A DNA stretch of 64,000 nucleotides from Octopus sinensis (Eukaryota), in NCBI RefSeq assembly GCF_006345805.1, contig NC_043000.1:141050001-141114000 (forward strand). The letters run 5' to 3'. This document shows positions 38,457-51,400 of the stretch, piece after piece; the first letter of the stretch is position 1; each line of letters begins with the position of its first letter. The notes below the pieces were generated by a model. The model was not told the origin of the DNA. It did no database searches and worked only from the letters and a program-made list of their open reading frames with translations. A program made the position numbers and the translations under genes.

Positions 38457-38880
38457 GTGCAGGTGTAGCTCTGGTAAAAAAGCTTGCTTCCCAACCAAAT
38501 GGTTCTGGGTTCAGTCCCACTGCATGGTCCCTTTTGCAATAATCTGAGTTGATCAAAGCCTTATGAGTGGATTTGGTAGATGAAAGCTGAGGGAAGCCCA
38601 TCATATATACATGTGTGTGTGTTTGTGCATGTATGTGTGTGTGTGGTGTGTATGTGTGTGCCTGTTTGAGTTTGTCCCTACTGCTTGACAACCGGTGTTG
38701 ATGTGTTTACATTGCCTAGAACTTAGTGGTTTGACAAAGGAGACTGATAGAATAAGTACCAGGCTTTAAAAACCAGCTTTAAAACAAAAAGGAACATATT
38801 CATTTGACTAAAAAATTTCTTCAAGGCAATGCCCCAGCATGGCCACAGTCTAATGAATGAAATAAGTAAAAAATAAAAAG
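38457..38880 (+). mobile_element. CORE-like tRNA-headed SINE family B (older copy)
   Basis: Head GGTGCAGGTGTAGCTCTGGTAAAAAGC, GGTTCAGTCCC, internal (TG)n, tail CCAGCATGGCCACAGTC. Confidence 0.8.
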
Positions 38881-38899
38881 ATTAATGTACTTGTAATCT

Positions 38900-39306
38900 C
38901 TTTTACTCTTTTACTTGTTTCAGTCACTTGACTGCGGCCATGCTGGAGCACTGCCTTAAATCGAGCAACTCGACCCCGGGACTTATTCTTTGTAAGCCCA
39001 GTACTTATTCTATCGGTCTCTTTTGCTGAACCGCTAAGTGACGGGGACATAAACACACCAGCATCGGTTGTCAAGCAATGCTAGGGGGACAAACACAGAC
39101 ACATAAACAAACGCACACACATATATATATATATACATATATACGACGGGCTTCTTTCAGTTTCCGTCTACCAAATCCACTCACAAGGCTTTGGTTAGCC
39201 TGAGGCTATAGTAGAAGACACTTGCCCTAGGTGCCACTCAGTGGGACTGAACCCGGAACCATGTGGTTCGTAAGCAAGCTACTTACCACACAGCCACTCC
39301 TGCACC
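38900..39306 (-). mobile_element. CORE-like SINE family B
   Basis: Reverse of 61500-61918, including GGCACCTAGGGCAAGTGTCTTC (CORE-like). Confidence 0.9.
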
Positions 39307-39559
39307 TATGTACAATTGCATATACTCAGAACAAATATGAAAAAGAATCAGTATTACACTACTGAAGACATAAAGATATTCTGGCTTTAAATCCAAATTA
39401 TAACCATTAAGCTTCACATTTGTTACACTTTAAAGCAGCCATGAACAACCTGCAGCTCATGAGACTTTCTGAATGGACAGCTAATAAAAAAAAATGGTTA
39501 AACTTCAGTTTCAGAACTAGGCAAAAAAAGAAAAATGGTAAAAAATATAGTGTAACATA

Positions 39560-39737
39560 TGTAAAACAACATGTAGTAAACAAATATGAAGGGAAAAATA
39601 TGCGTGCTGATGAAGTGGGGTGTAGGGAGAGAACTCAGAAAATTCACATCGAGAATGTTCCAAGTCCTCTCTCACCACTTTTCCATTTGTTGGCACAAAC
39701 TTTTTCTTCATATTCGTCTACTACATGTTGTTTTACA
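39560..39737. mobile_element. MITE-like element with TIRs of about 48 bp
   Basis: TGTAAAACAACATGTAGTAAACAAATATGAAG versus the reverse complement of CTTCATATTCGTCTACTACATGTTGTTTTACA. Confidence 0.55.
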
Positions 39738-39769
39738 CATTATTTTTTATCTATTTATACACCCTTTTC

Positions 39770-40055
39770 AAGTCTAGCCAGGCTCATGGGCCCAGTTTCT
39801 GTGGTGTATGTGTTCCCCCCATCTGGACGGGATGCCAGTCCATCACAGCATTACGCAAGAAATAGGAAGAAAGATTGAGAAAAAGTTGAGGTGAAAGAGT
39901 ACAGCGGGGGTCGGCACCACCCCCTGCCACAGCCTCGTGGAGCTTTAGGTGTTTTTGCTCAATAAACACACACAATGCCCAGTCTAGGAATTGAAACTGC
40001 GATCCTCCGACCATGAGTCTGCTGCCCTAACCACTGGGCCATTGTGCCTCCACTT
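39770..40055 (-). mobile_element. SINE family C 5' half joined to a V-like 3' half
   Basis: First 170 nt or so match 3358-3530; the rest matches the 3' part of 25915-26135. Confidence 0.75.
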
Positions 40056-40204
40056 TTTTTACACATATTACACTATTTTTTTACCATTTGTGTGCCAGGG
40101 TCTGAAACTGGAGTTTCACCAAAAAAATTACCTTGAATATTTTTAGTGACTTGATAATGAGCCATGTCTCATGTGACTGGCTCCTCACAGGAAATTGCCC
40201 ATAC

Positions 40205-40386
40205 CTGCTTTAAAGAAATGCATGTATGTGCAATTACACAGTCTCGTTCTTTCTTCAACTCCATATATAACCTCCTTTTGATGCAAGACATCATGGACAT
40301 CATGATCATTAATAGCAACTTCATTGTTCTGGAAAACGTTGATATCATTAAGAAAGTTACAGCTATTAAAAACTTGTTCTTCTTCC
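40205..40386 (-). CDS. Candidate internal exon of an unidentified host gene
   Basis: Unique sequence, acceptor TGTTTCAG and donor CAG/GTATGG, 60 open codons (EEEQVFNSCNFLNDINV...YMHFFKA). No recognisable homology; a plus-strand 33-nt exon candidate overlaps it. Confidence 0.3.
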
Positions 40387-42173
40387 CTGAAACATCAGGT
40401 TTTTATGTCTGTGTAAAGAGACAGGTAGAAGCAAAAAAAAAAAAAAACCTAATGTTTTTATAACCAGTGCTATAAAAAAAGCAATAAGCTTTGAGTAAGC
40501 CAAGACTATGCCAGAGCTTTGACTGCTGGTTGTAACCACATCACTTTTGTTGCCAATTTACCTTGAAATTGCATCTCATTTTTCAGAATTTTGTGTTTTC
40601 ATAATAAATCAATGATTAATTAAATAAAATCTCTACAGCAGATGAAGCATGAAACCTCTTACTCAACCAGTTGAAGTCTTTTTTGTACTTGTTTATTTTA
40701 TTTTCATTATCACTTTTATTTCGTTTTATTTCATTCAATTTTTATTTTCTTCCCTTCTAGTCATTTTACTTTTCTATTTGAATTTTATTTCATTATTTAC
40801 TAAGTTTCTTCAGTTTTCTTTACTTACTTTTCTCACAGCTCTACTGTCTGTCAGTCCCTCTGTCTACCTATCTATCTATCTGTCTATCTGTCTGTCTGTC
40901 TACACATACATGCATGTATACTTATGCGCATATATGTGTTTGTGTGTGCATGCATGTTTGTGTGTATGTATACACACACTCACACACACACACACATATA
41001 TATGCTTCTAAAATTTAAAATAGGATAAATTCTTTATAAAAATTTATCAAGTAGTCAGTGTGAAAACTTCTAATTATTCTCTTTAAATATATATATTTAT
41101 ATTAAGGGCATTACTACACATAAATGCCTCATGCTATTAGGGAATCTTAAAGTCAAAACTAGTAGTAATGCCCTTAATATAAATAAATATACATACTTAT
41201 AGATAGATATACATATACATACACAAACAGATGTTCACTCATGCACACACACTCACAAGCAACATACATATCTTCTTAAATTTTCTGACTTTTCCTTTCT
41301 TTTGTAGTTTTTGTAAAGAAGGTGCATGTTTTGCCATTTATTTTCAGTCAAAACACTTACAAATATTTTCTGTCATGAAGTATTTTATTCGTTATAAAGT
41401 TAATTGAGTTCTTTTGTTTCAATATATTTTTTTTTGTAATCTTAAGAATTCTATTATTTATATTATTTAGAGGAATTTGTGGTCGAAGCCATTTATTCAA
41501 AATTAAATATTTTAAATCCCAGAATAAGTAAGAGCATCATGGATTTAATTCAGAACCAAGTATTATATTGTGCCTTGAAGTTATGTATATTTACCTATTT
41601 GTTTGTTTCAGAGAAAATATCCAACTTGTTCTATGCCATAGGGATGATGGTATGAGGTTCTGAAATGTAACTTATCTGAAAAATCCTTTTCCCTACCTGC
41701 ATCAATGCAGTCCAGTAATTGTCAATATGGAGAAAGCATTCATAAATTAACATGTTACTTTAATTATCTAAAGCCATTTTCACAATTTTGAAAGTAATTT
41801 TATTTATTATAAGTTGTTAGATTCAAGATCTTGCTGTGTATTTTTATTTCAATATTTTAAAAATTCTACATAATGTGAAATTTAACTTAAAAAGAAAATT
41901 AAAAGCTTTTGTATTGAAGGTTGGCTTTTACTGAAGTTTGCTTCAAGGTTTATCTTTCATCAAAGGAGTCTCAGAAAAAAAAGAAATACACAATCTATTT
42001 AATTGAAAATATAAATAAAACAGTAACTTTTTCCCTTTCATTTTCAAATCATATAAAATATATTAGAAGAGATATCAATTAGAAAAGAAAACAAACTCTA
42101 CAACTAAATTTCTTGGAACAATTATTATAGAAAATAAACGCAACTGAAAGTATTAATTCAATGGTTACTTTAC

Positions 42174-42402
42174 AGGCGAGCTGGCAGAAACATTAGCACG
42201 CTGGGCGAAATGCTTAGTGGTATTTCGTCTGCGTTACGTTGTGAGTTCAAATTCCGCCGAGGTCGACTTTGCCCTTCATCCTTTCGGGGTCGATAAATTA
42301 AGTACCAGTTATGCACTGGGGTCGATGTAATCGACTTAATACCTATGTCTGTCCTTGTTTGTCCGCTCTGTGTTTAGCCCCTTGTGGGTAATAAAGAAAT
42401 AG
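42174..42402 (+). mobile_element. SINE family A monomer
   Basis: Same head and body; near-exact TSD GGTTACTTT(T)AC. Confidence 0.9.
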
Positions 42403-43429
42403 GTTACTTTACATTCATTTATAAACTGATTACTTCTCCATATTTTGAGACACATAGTCATCATGTGATTTTATTAAATCTATTCTTTACTTTCAACTAA
42501 CTATAGTTTGCTTCTGTGGTGTATGCGGGAAATTTGAAATAAGGAGACCTATCTTCTCTCCATCAGTAATGCACCCTTCCACGTGGCCCAACCCAAACGC
42601 TAGAAATAGCAGCTGCTTTTCCCCTACCTTGACAAAGCGCTCACACGTCCAGTTCTGTCAGCTACTCCGATTGAAAAGGTCCAATGCTTCCCTGCTTGCG
42701 TGCGCATCACTCCTGCCTCTTCCTCTTCTAGTCAGCCCCAAGTTCTGGTCAGCTCCCCAGCTGCTGACGTCATCCCACAGCTTCAAACTATTTCTTAGCA
42801 AGAATTGTTCTCTCTCTTTTAACATTCATGCACACATTCATTGTGAGCACATGTACAAGAACAATTCTAGGATAAGGTATTCTATGGCTAAAATCCTCGT
42901 ACTGGATCTCTCTAACTTTTCTAAAGTTAATAGTTCTATGTATTATATAAAAAAGTGCTAATCCATTTTGCATCATAAAGGTTCTTAGAGATTTTATTTC
43001 TTTCAAATTTTTTATTAACTTCAGTCAATGACAGATAAAACTTATCCACACAAGGTCATTGGAGGATTGTAGAAAGTTAAAAATTGAACTCAGAACTAAT
43101 AACTTCTTAAATATTTGTAAATTTTATTGTACTTCTACTGCTGAAAGCATTGAAATACACCAATGCAATCCAGCAGGACTTGCTAAAATTATCAACCAAA
43201 CACCCCACAGATCATTCTACAGTCTAATGATAAACTAGAAGATGGTTGTGATAGAAACATTTTGGATCATAGATATTCTCAATCAGAGCTCAGCTGCAGA
43301 TGAACAACAACAACAACAGTAACTACTACTACTACTACTACTGTAGTATACATCACAGGATCTGGAAACCGACCTAATGAGCCTATTACTCAGGAAGAAT
43401 CGCTACTTCTTTTCATTAGTATTCATTTA

Positions 43430-43797
43430 TTCTTTTATTTGTTTCAGTCATTTGACTCCAGCCATACTGGAGCACCACCTTTAGTCAAGCAGATTGACCC
43501 CAGGACTTATTCTTTGTAAGCCTAGTACTTATTCTATTGGCCTCTTTTGCCAAGCCACTAAGTTATGGGGATGTAAACGCACTGGCGTCTGGTGAGACAA
43601 CAAAAACGGCCACACAAACATATATATATATATATGATGGGCTTCTTTCAGTTTCCATCTACCAAATCTACTCACAAGGCTTTGGTCGACCAGAGGCTAT
43701 AGTAGAAGACACTTGCCCAAGGTGCCACACAGTGCAACTGAACCCGGAACCATTTGGTTGGTAAGCAAGCTACTTACCACACTGCCACTACTGAGCC
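43430..43797 (-). mobile_element. CORE-like SINE family B
   Basis: Reverse of the family B sequence with internal (TA)n. Confidence 0.85.
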
Positions 43798-44954
43798 TAT
43801 TATATATATATGTATATTGATAGAAGGCTAGATATATAGATATAGAGTGAGTAAGAGAGAGGGGGAGAAAGAGAGAAAAAGATACATATCTGCATGTTTA
43901 TATATGTATACTCACTTACAAACTTGATATATTTCACTTATGATATCTAAAAATGTGTACACGTGGACTCAGAAAATATCATTTGCATGTTTTCTGCATA
44001 ATTTGTTTTGCCAATAGGAGTAATGAGTTTCTTGTGTTGTGTATTGATGAGGCAAACAGGCCACATATTATTATGGAATTTTTAATTGGTTCAGATTTTT
44101 AAAATTACAAAAATTAAGAGCTGTTCAGAATTAAAATTTAGATTTATTTTGATTATCCTATATGCTATTAGATATTTACTAAATTAATTTACAGTTCTAT
44201 ATATCTAATATTCTAGATAATTTATTAGATAACATAAACAGATTATTAACTACCAGACATATACACATATGCATTTAAAACTACACATACACATATATAT
44301 ATATACAATTTATTTGTGATTTTCAGGATATTTAAAATGAAATGATAACAAGCTGATAATAAATTAGTTGCCGTAAATTGATGTTTTTCCATGTGTGTGT
44401 ATGTGATAATAATTATTTCCATACTCATGTAGAATATGATGATACAGATTTTTCTAAGGATGAATGCCTTTCACATGCCTTTCATGTAACCAGCTCACAT
44501 CTTTCACAGGCAAGGTATTATTACCCCATGGTCTGACATATTTTTCCCAGAAGAATGGGATTGAACAGCAGCGCTTGTATGATGGTGAGGCTCATTTACA
44601 ACCATCTTGTGAAATGAAAACAACAGTACACACAGCCACAAATACACTCATGCACACACATGTACATATATACACAGATATATGACAGACGTCCCTCAGT
44701 TTCAGTCTATCAAATCCATTCACAAAGTTTTGGTTGGCCTGGGGCAATGGCAGAAGACACTTACCCAAGGTGCTAACCCATAGCACGTTCATTGTGATGA
44801 TTTTAATGGAGAAAAAGATGCAAGTTTCTCAACCAAATAGCAATGCCTATATATGTATGAATATATCTATGTATGTGTGTGAATATGGTTCTCTCTCATC
44901 TCTCTATACATATATGTATATAAAATTATATTGTATTTATTATTATTATCATCA

Positions 44955-45112
44955 CAGGAGTGGCTGTGTGGCAAGTAGCTTGCTTACCAACCACATTGTC
45001 CTAGGTTCAGTCCCACTGTGTGGCACCTTGGGTGAGTGTCTTCTACTATAACCTAGGGCCAACCAAAGCATTGTGAGTGGATTTTGTTGATGGAAACTGA
45101 AAGAAGCCCATC

Positions 45113-45162
<50 letters not shown>

Positions 45163-45230
45163 CTTGACAACTGATGGTGGTGCTTTTATCTAGCAGCTCA
45201 GCAAAAAAGATTGATAGAATAAGTAATAGC
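44955..45230 (+). mobile_element. CORE-like SINE family B (3' truncated), followed by a short RTE tail
   Basis: CAGGAGTGGCTGTGTGG...GGCACCTTGGGTGAGTGTCTTC; CCCATGCCAGCACGG...(GAT)n at 45240-45290. Confidence 0.8.
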
Positions 45231-46609
45231 CAACCTATGCCCAACCCATGCCAGCACGGAAAGCAGATGTCAAATGATGATGATGAAGCTAAAGAACCAC
45301 AAGTAAATACTGCTAAGCAGTTTTATCCGGTGCTCTAATAACCCTGCCAATTCAATGTCCTCTATAATTTTTATTATAAAACATTGTAACATTGGTCTAA
45401 GTAATTAATTTCCATACATAAAATTGGGATCCGTACATGAGAACAAAATAAAAATTTTGCATAAGGGTTGCATACTTTATTCTCTATAGACATTTTAATG
45501 TGCTCAAAATTAAATATGCTGATACTCACTTAACTGCTGTTTAACAAATATATTGCAGAATAATTGGATTACTAAATCATAGTTGTTTTATTAATTGGCA
45601 GAGGCTTTCCAACTGGAACCAAACCCTATTATCAAATCACTTCCATACAACACAAACATAGATCTAACGTAACAGATAACTTTCGGTCAATTCAAAACTG
45701 TAAAAGTACATTTTTACTCATATTTCTTCCTTTTTCCTTCTTTCATTTTCAAGATTGTTTCACTTTCCCTGTAGTTTATTATATTATTCATTTTCATTTA
45801 TTTTTATTCAATAATCCTTACTGTCTTTATTTCTTTATTTCTTTACTATCATCTTCCAAAATTACTTCCTTTCTTCCATTTCCTATAATTACGTTTTCAC
45901 CATTTTCATTCTCTACTTCCTTCTTTTCGTGATTTACCATTGCATATGAGAAATGAAACATACCAATAGCTAATGTTAATCAGAAACAAAATATCTGCAA
46001 TGATATTGTGTTAGTTGATTATCAAATAGCTGCCATTAGAATATCTTCAAGGCGACAACAAAACAAAAAACAACAAAAAATTGTTTCAGCCAACATTAAG
46101 ATAAATGGTTAGAACTTTTAAAGAATTTGATATGGAACAGCTGTTTCTGTTTTGTGTCTTCAATAACTTAACTAATTAAATTGTTATTTTTGGTGGTGTT
46201 TTATGAAAGAGTAACATTTCAGTATTATGTTGTACTGCATAGTTTTAATTCATATATTAAAACAATCCAGAAATATCTCCTCTGAGATGGTCAGTTGTAT
46301 AATTATAAGCACGAGTAAGACATATCAGGAACATCTTTGTTTGTTTGAATGCATAAGAATCCATACAGATATAACCAAGCAAACATACCAGTATGTACGT
46401 CCTTCTTATTGTGACCGTATTTTTAGCTCCAGGTCAGCCTTGATCTAACAGACTTTTGGTGAAACATACTCCTGCCATAACTAGTTTTCTTTCTTTAGGA
46501 TATTTTGTATCTAAAAGTACATTCTCCTGTGTATCTCACCTGGTTTTCTTGTTCAAGACTATATGGTGTAATTTTGATGGATAAACAATAAATTATAAAC
46601 AACTCTGTC

Positions 46610-46975
46610 AGTGACGAATGACCATGGGTGCACCTAAGAGGTTCCCCTTTGCGTTACAAATCTGGGCAGAAAGTTGCCTCACCAGCGAATGCACAACCGG
46701 GGGTTGCTTTTATAGAAGACCAGCAGTCGCCCATGCATACCAGCCTCCCCTCTCCTCTCCACACCACCAGTGTTATCCAAGGGAAAGGCAAAGGCCGATA
46801 CAGCTTGGCATCAGTGATGTCACAACTCATTTCTGCAACTGAGTGAACTGAAGCTATGTGAAAAAAAGTGTCTTGCTCTAGAACACAACATGCAGCCTGG
46901 TCTGGAAATCGAATTCACAACCTCACGATTGTAAGCTCGATGCTCTTACCACTGAACCATGCACCTTCACTATTT
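46610..46975 (-). mobile_element. tRNA-headed SINE family D
   Basis: Head GGTGCATGGTTCAGTGGTAAGAGC; body TTTGCCTTTCCCTTGGATAA...GACTGCTGGTCTTC shared with 63015-63350. Confidence 0.7.
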
Positions 46976-47117
46976 GATGGATATTTTACTGTTATTTCCA
47001 GTAGGATGAACAATCACTTAAACATGCTCTTACTGGCTTGGCAAGACAAATATTTGTGGTGATGGTGGTACTTGTGGTGGTGGTGGTGGTAGTGATAGTA
47101 GTAGTAGTAGTAGTAGT

Positions 47118-47670
47118 AATGCCCTGATGCAGTATCAGGCAGTGGCTCTCATGGCTTCTGATCTTAACTGATTGGAAGTTTTATCAAGTACATTGCTTTG
47201 TCTTGGTATAAAAGTTGAGCTATTGTAAATATTCTGCTCAATATCACAGATTTGCTTGTCAGTTGTTTGACCATAACCAGTTGAGCATGTCCCTTAGAGG
47301 CTGGTGATATGTGCATCTCTGATCACGAGCAGAAGTAGTGGGGAAGCATCATAGCCATATGTTGAGAAGAATTCTTTGGGGTTTGAATAATTTCCCTCTG
47401 GAAACATGAATGTTTTGTTCATCATCCTTAAAACAAACCCTATTCAGGGACCTTTTGAGTGGAATAGGCTACTCAACCTGAAGAAAATTCTAACTGGGCC
47501 CCACTTGCAAAGTCATGCACTATTTATTATATGAGATCACTGTCACACACATATGGTTGTGATGCATGTTCCTCGTGTACCTTTATCAGACGAGTAGCTA
47601 TGATGGGTATACTGAGCTTCGTATATTTTACCCCAGTGTCATTTTGATGACATGCACTGCTCTCTCACTC
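47118..47670. repeat. Probable interspersed repeat between (AGT)n and (AAT)n tracts
   Basis: Non-coding block bounded by trinucleotide tracts; single copy here, repeat status from recollection only. Confidence 0.35.
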
Positions 47671-47751
47671 AATAATAATAACAATAATAATAATGATAAT
47701 AATAATAATAATAACAATGACGACGATGATAATAATAATAAAAATAATAAC

Positions 47752-48155
47752 AGACCAGACCTAATGGTGGTGGACAAGGTGCACCACATATGCTATATAG
47801 TTGATGTTGCATGCCCCTTTGACCCATGACTAAGTCAAGAAGGAAGATGTAAAGATAGACAGATACAACCCTCTTAAGTACGAAATTGCCCAGCTATGGA
47901 AAATGAAGAAGGTGAAGATAGTATCAATTATTGTTGGGTCTTTGGGAACAGTATCAGAAGACATCAAGCAGAATATAAAAGAAATTGGAACAGTGTACTC
48001 AGTAGAACTGTTACAAAAAGTTTGCCTCTTTGGCACAGCCAGAATAATCAGGAAAGTATTAGATAGCTGAAAAGAATAGATAGCATGGTATCATAGGCTT
48101 GCGGTAGTAAGCCTGCTACTCATGCAAGACTCCAGGAGCTCCAACAAAACCTGTG
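47752..48155 (+). mobile_element. 5'-truncated R2/R4(Dong)-group LINE: restriction-like endonuclease domain
   Basis: RPDLMVVDK..IVDVACPFD, then KIDRY..L..EIAQLW..V.IVSIIVGSLG..LFGTARIIRKVLDS*; one stop/frameshift near 47827; embedded in (AAT)n/(GAT)n. Confidence 0.8.
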
Positions 48156-48173
48156 ATGAAGAGGAGATGATGA

Positions 48174-48204
<31 letters not shown>

Positions 48205-49076
48205 TGTCAGGAGGAGGAGGAGGCGGAAGAGGAGGGGGATGAGAAGAAGAAAATGAGGAAGCGGATAATGAAAAAGAAGAAGAAGAACAACAACAACAAC
48301 ACCACAACAACAACAACAACAAACTGAACGAATTTATGCTGAGAGTGTTTGCTTTAAGATTTCATGATATAAAATATCTTTTTTTTTTATCTCAATGTCA
48401 GGATGACATTACATTATATATATATTTTTTCTTTTAGATATTTTTTCGTTTTTCTTCTTATCATCCAACTTTATGGAGAAAAGTTCTCATTGAATAATAA
48501 TAGAATAATAACTGAACATACACAGCATTTCCTTCACTCCTTACCCCTTGCTTTTGCAACACTGCAATGCAATCATAAATATTGAGCTGAAACACAGCAG
48601 GGGTTTTTTTATATGAATTTTAATTTCAGTTTTCCTTTATATTTTATATTTTATATTATTGTGTTTACTGATTTTTTTGTTGTTTTTGCTGCTTTTTTTT
48701 TTAACTGATATGGATTTCAAGCTTATCTTTATCAAATTAATAAAGATTGTTAAATAGTGGTGTCTTCCGTTTCTGCCGCAAGTGCCAACGAACATCGAGG
48801 TGGTCTTCGTACTACACCTCACTTGCCGTTTCTGCCCACATCATGACACATCGCTATCTCTCTCTTTTCCTTGTTCCACATCTCCCACTTTGTCTTTCTC
48901 CCCCACCCCCGCCATGAACACACACACACACTTCTATCTAGCCCTTGCTTGTTCTGTTTATCTCTGTTATCTAGAAAGTTAACTAATTCTTGACGGAAGG
49001 ACTTTACTCTGTGATCAACGACATAATTGCCCTTTCTCTTTCTCTCTACACTCAAATGAAATTTTCAGCATCTTTG

Positions 49077-49110
<34 letters not shown>

Positions 49111-50470
49111 CATTAATAACTACAAAAGCTGTACCAAACAAAAACATAATCACAAATTTTTGTTCTAAATTATTAACATAGGTTTTATAGTAATTTGCTG
49201 TTTTATAATAAATGATGCTGATGACAATACTGATGACAATAATGACAGCAGTGGGGGTGGCGATGATAATTATGTTAACTATGATGATGACAACGATGAT
49301 GATGACGACGACGATGATGATGCAAGCCTGAAATATCAACAAAACTATATAAATAGCTACAATTAGATGTTAATGATAATAGCAGTACCACTTGCATTAT
49401 TCATTTGTAGTTATCATAATTAATAATGGTTATCAATGTCATCATCATCATAATTATCACTATTCAAGTTTACAACTTCATTGCTGTTATAATTAGTTTC
49501 AGGTGTCATTTTTATGGTTTTATAATTATTCCTTTTATCTCTTAATCAGATTTTATTATAGTTTTTATTTCAAAGTTTAACAAGTCTTCAGCAATTGTGC
49601 TATTTGTTATGTAGTGATGCTAAAAGGGATAAGTACTCCACTTACTAAATTATTCAGTTTATTTTCAAGCAAATATTCAAGGTAATTTTATTTAAATTTA
49701 AAAGAAATATCTTCCTTTCTTAACATACCTACTCCATATATTTCTGCTTGGATGATCCAGTAAATTCAGTTATTTCTAAAAGGATTATAGGGGAATGTAT
49801 TGTATTGACATTTATTTCTAATCTTTCTATCATCAACTGTTAATGTCACATTTTACAGTAAACTAGATTTAAGTTGTTCTCTTTCAACTCTTTACCTGAT
49901 TATATATATATATATACTTTTATAATTTCCGTGGAAATTGTGAAGATATTTTAGCAATTCTTACAGCCAAATTATTATGTAACAAGGTTTGCTGTGTAAA
50001 TTACAGGTATATAGTGCATGCAATGGGCTTCTACACAGTCTCTGTCAACTCACTTTTAGTCACAAGGCTTAAGTTAGTAGAAGGAGGCTGAGATGGAAAA
50101 CATTTTTCTAAGGTGCCAGAAGGTATCAGAATTAAGCCCAAGACCTCAAGATTGCAAAGTAAACTTCTTAACGACTTGGTCGTGTTTTTATATAGTTGTT
50201 TTACCTTTGCAATCAAATTCTTTTCAGATCTTAATTTCATGTCATAGAAATAGGAAGGGTATATTTAACAATGCAGTCCTACATTAATATGTCTGAAAAC
50301 AAAGATAAGATGATCATAGTTGGAATGTCTTTAACCATAGGCCTACTGCATTATTGGTGAGCTGGGTTAAACAAACAATGAAATTATACAAATATTTATT
50401 AAACCATAATCAAGTCTATCTTCCTAAAGAAATAATGAGAGTAAAGACTTGTTGAGAAAAGGTATTCAGA

Positions 50471-50511
<41 letters not shown>

Positions 50512-50515
<4 letters not shown>

Positions 50516-50718
50516 ATCCAAACATGAAAACACAAAGAGAAAACACAACAATGCGAGGATGTGAAGCAAGTATAGTGTTATTGGATGCTCAGGAAAGGAA
50601 AGAAAGAAGGAGAATTTAATATTTCAAGCGGAGCTCTTTGTCAGAAACATAGAAAAAGGAAAGATCCAATGAAGGGAAGCTGGAGGAAAAAAATCGGCAA
50701 CAATACACATGCGGTCAT
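50512..50718 (-). mobile_element. Short element in (TA)n with decayed hammerhead-like motif
   Basis: Minus strand GTTT-CTGACAA-A-GAGC-TCC-GCTT-GAAATAT-T-AAAT; (TA)n on both sides. Confidence 0.5.
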
Positions 50719-51059
50719 ATATATATATATACATATGTGTGTGTGTATGTGTAATATTCTATAATTATATACATAATTATAATCAGGGATCAGCTAAGTG
50801 CCTCGCCATGCACTGAATTAGAAATTGACGCTAATGTCTTTTCAACTACTATAAAAATCTCCGAGACAATAACACAAATTTTTATGAAGGTTAAAAGAAA
50901 ATGATGAATCCACACGACCGGTTAATCACTGACGTGTTTCAAATTTAAAGTAAATTATTTTTACCTATTATTCTCCTCAGTGTGATACTCTGAGTTATAA
51001 ATTTGCAAGTGTTAGGATTAAATATGTATGTGATCAAGCATCATCGCATAACTAATATT

Positions 51060-51400
51060 CAACTGCACCCCGACTGGCCTTGTGCTGGTGGCACGTAAAA
51101 AGCTCCATCCATTTGTGGCTGTTGCCAGTGCCGCCCAGACTGGCCTGGTGCCGGTGGCACATAAAAAGCACCATCCATTCGTGGCCGTTGCCAGCCTCGC
51201 CTGGCCCCCGTGCCGGTGGCACATAAAAAGCACCCACTACAATCATGGAGTGGTTGGCGTTAGGAAGGGCATCCAGTCGTAGAAACATTGCCAGATCAAA
51301 CTGGGCCTGGTGCAGCCTTCTGGCTTCCCAGACCCCAGTTGAACCGTCCAACCCATGCTAGCATGGAAAGCAGACGCTAAACGATGATGATGATGATGAT
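51060..51400 (+). mobile_element. RTE 3' UTR/3' end
   Basis: UTR modules GGTGGCAC(G/A)TAAAAAGC, conserved tail and (GAT)n. Confidence 0.85.

Noticed and set aside
39420-40386. Faint RGS-domain-like spacing (F..SE..F..A) across candidate exons
   Set aside because: Key W and NL residues are missing and the match depends on an assumed splice.
42569-42961. 130-aa plus-strand ORF
   Set aside because: No recognisable motif; a GC-richer patch lengthens ORFs in several frames.
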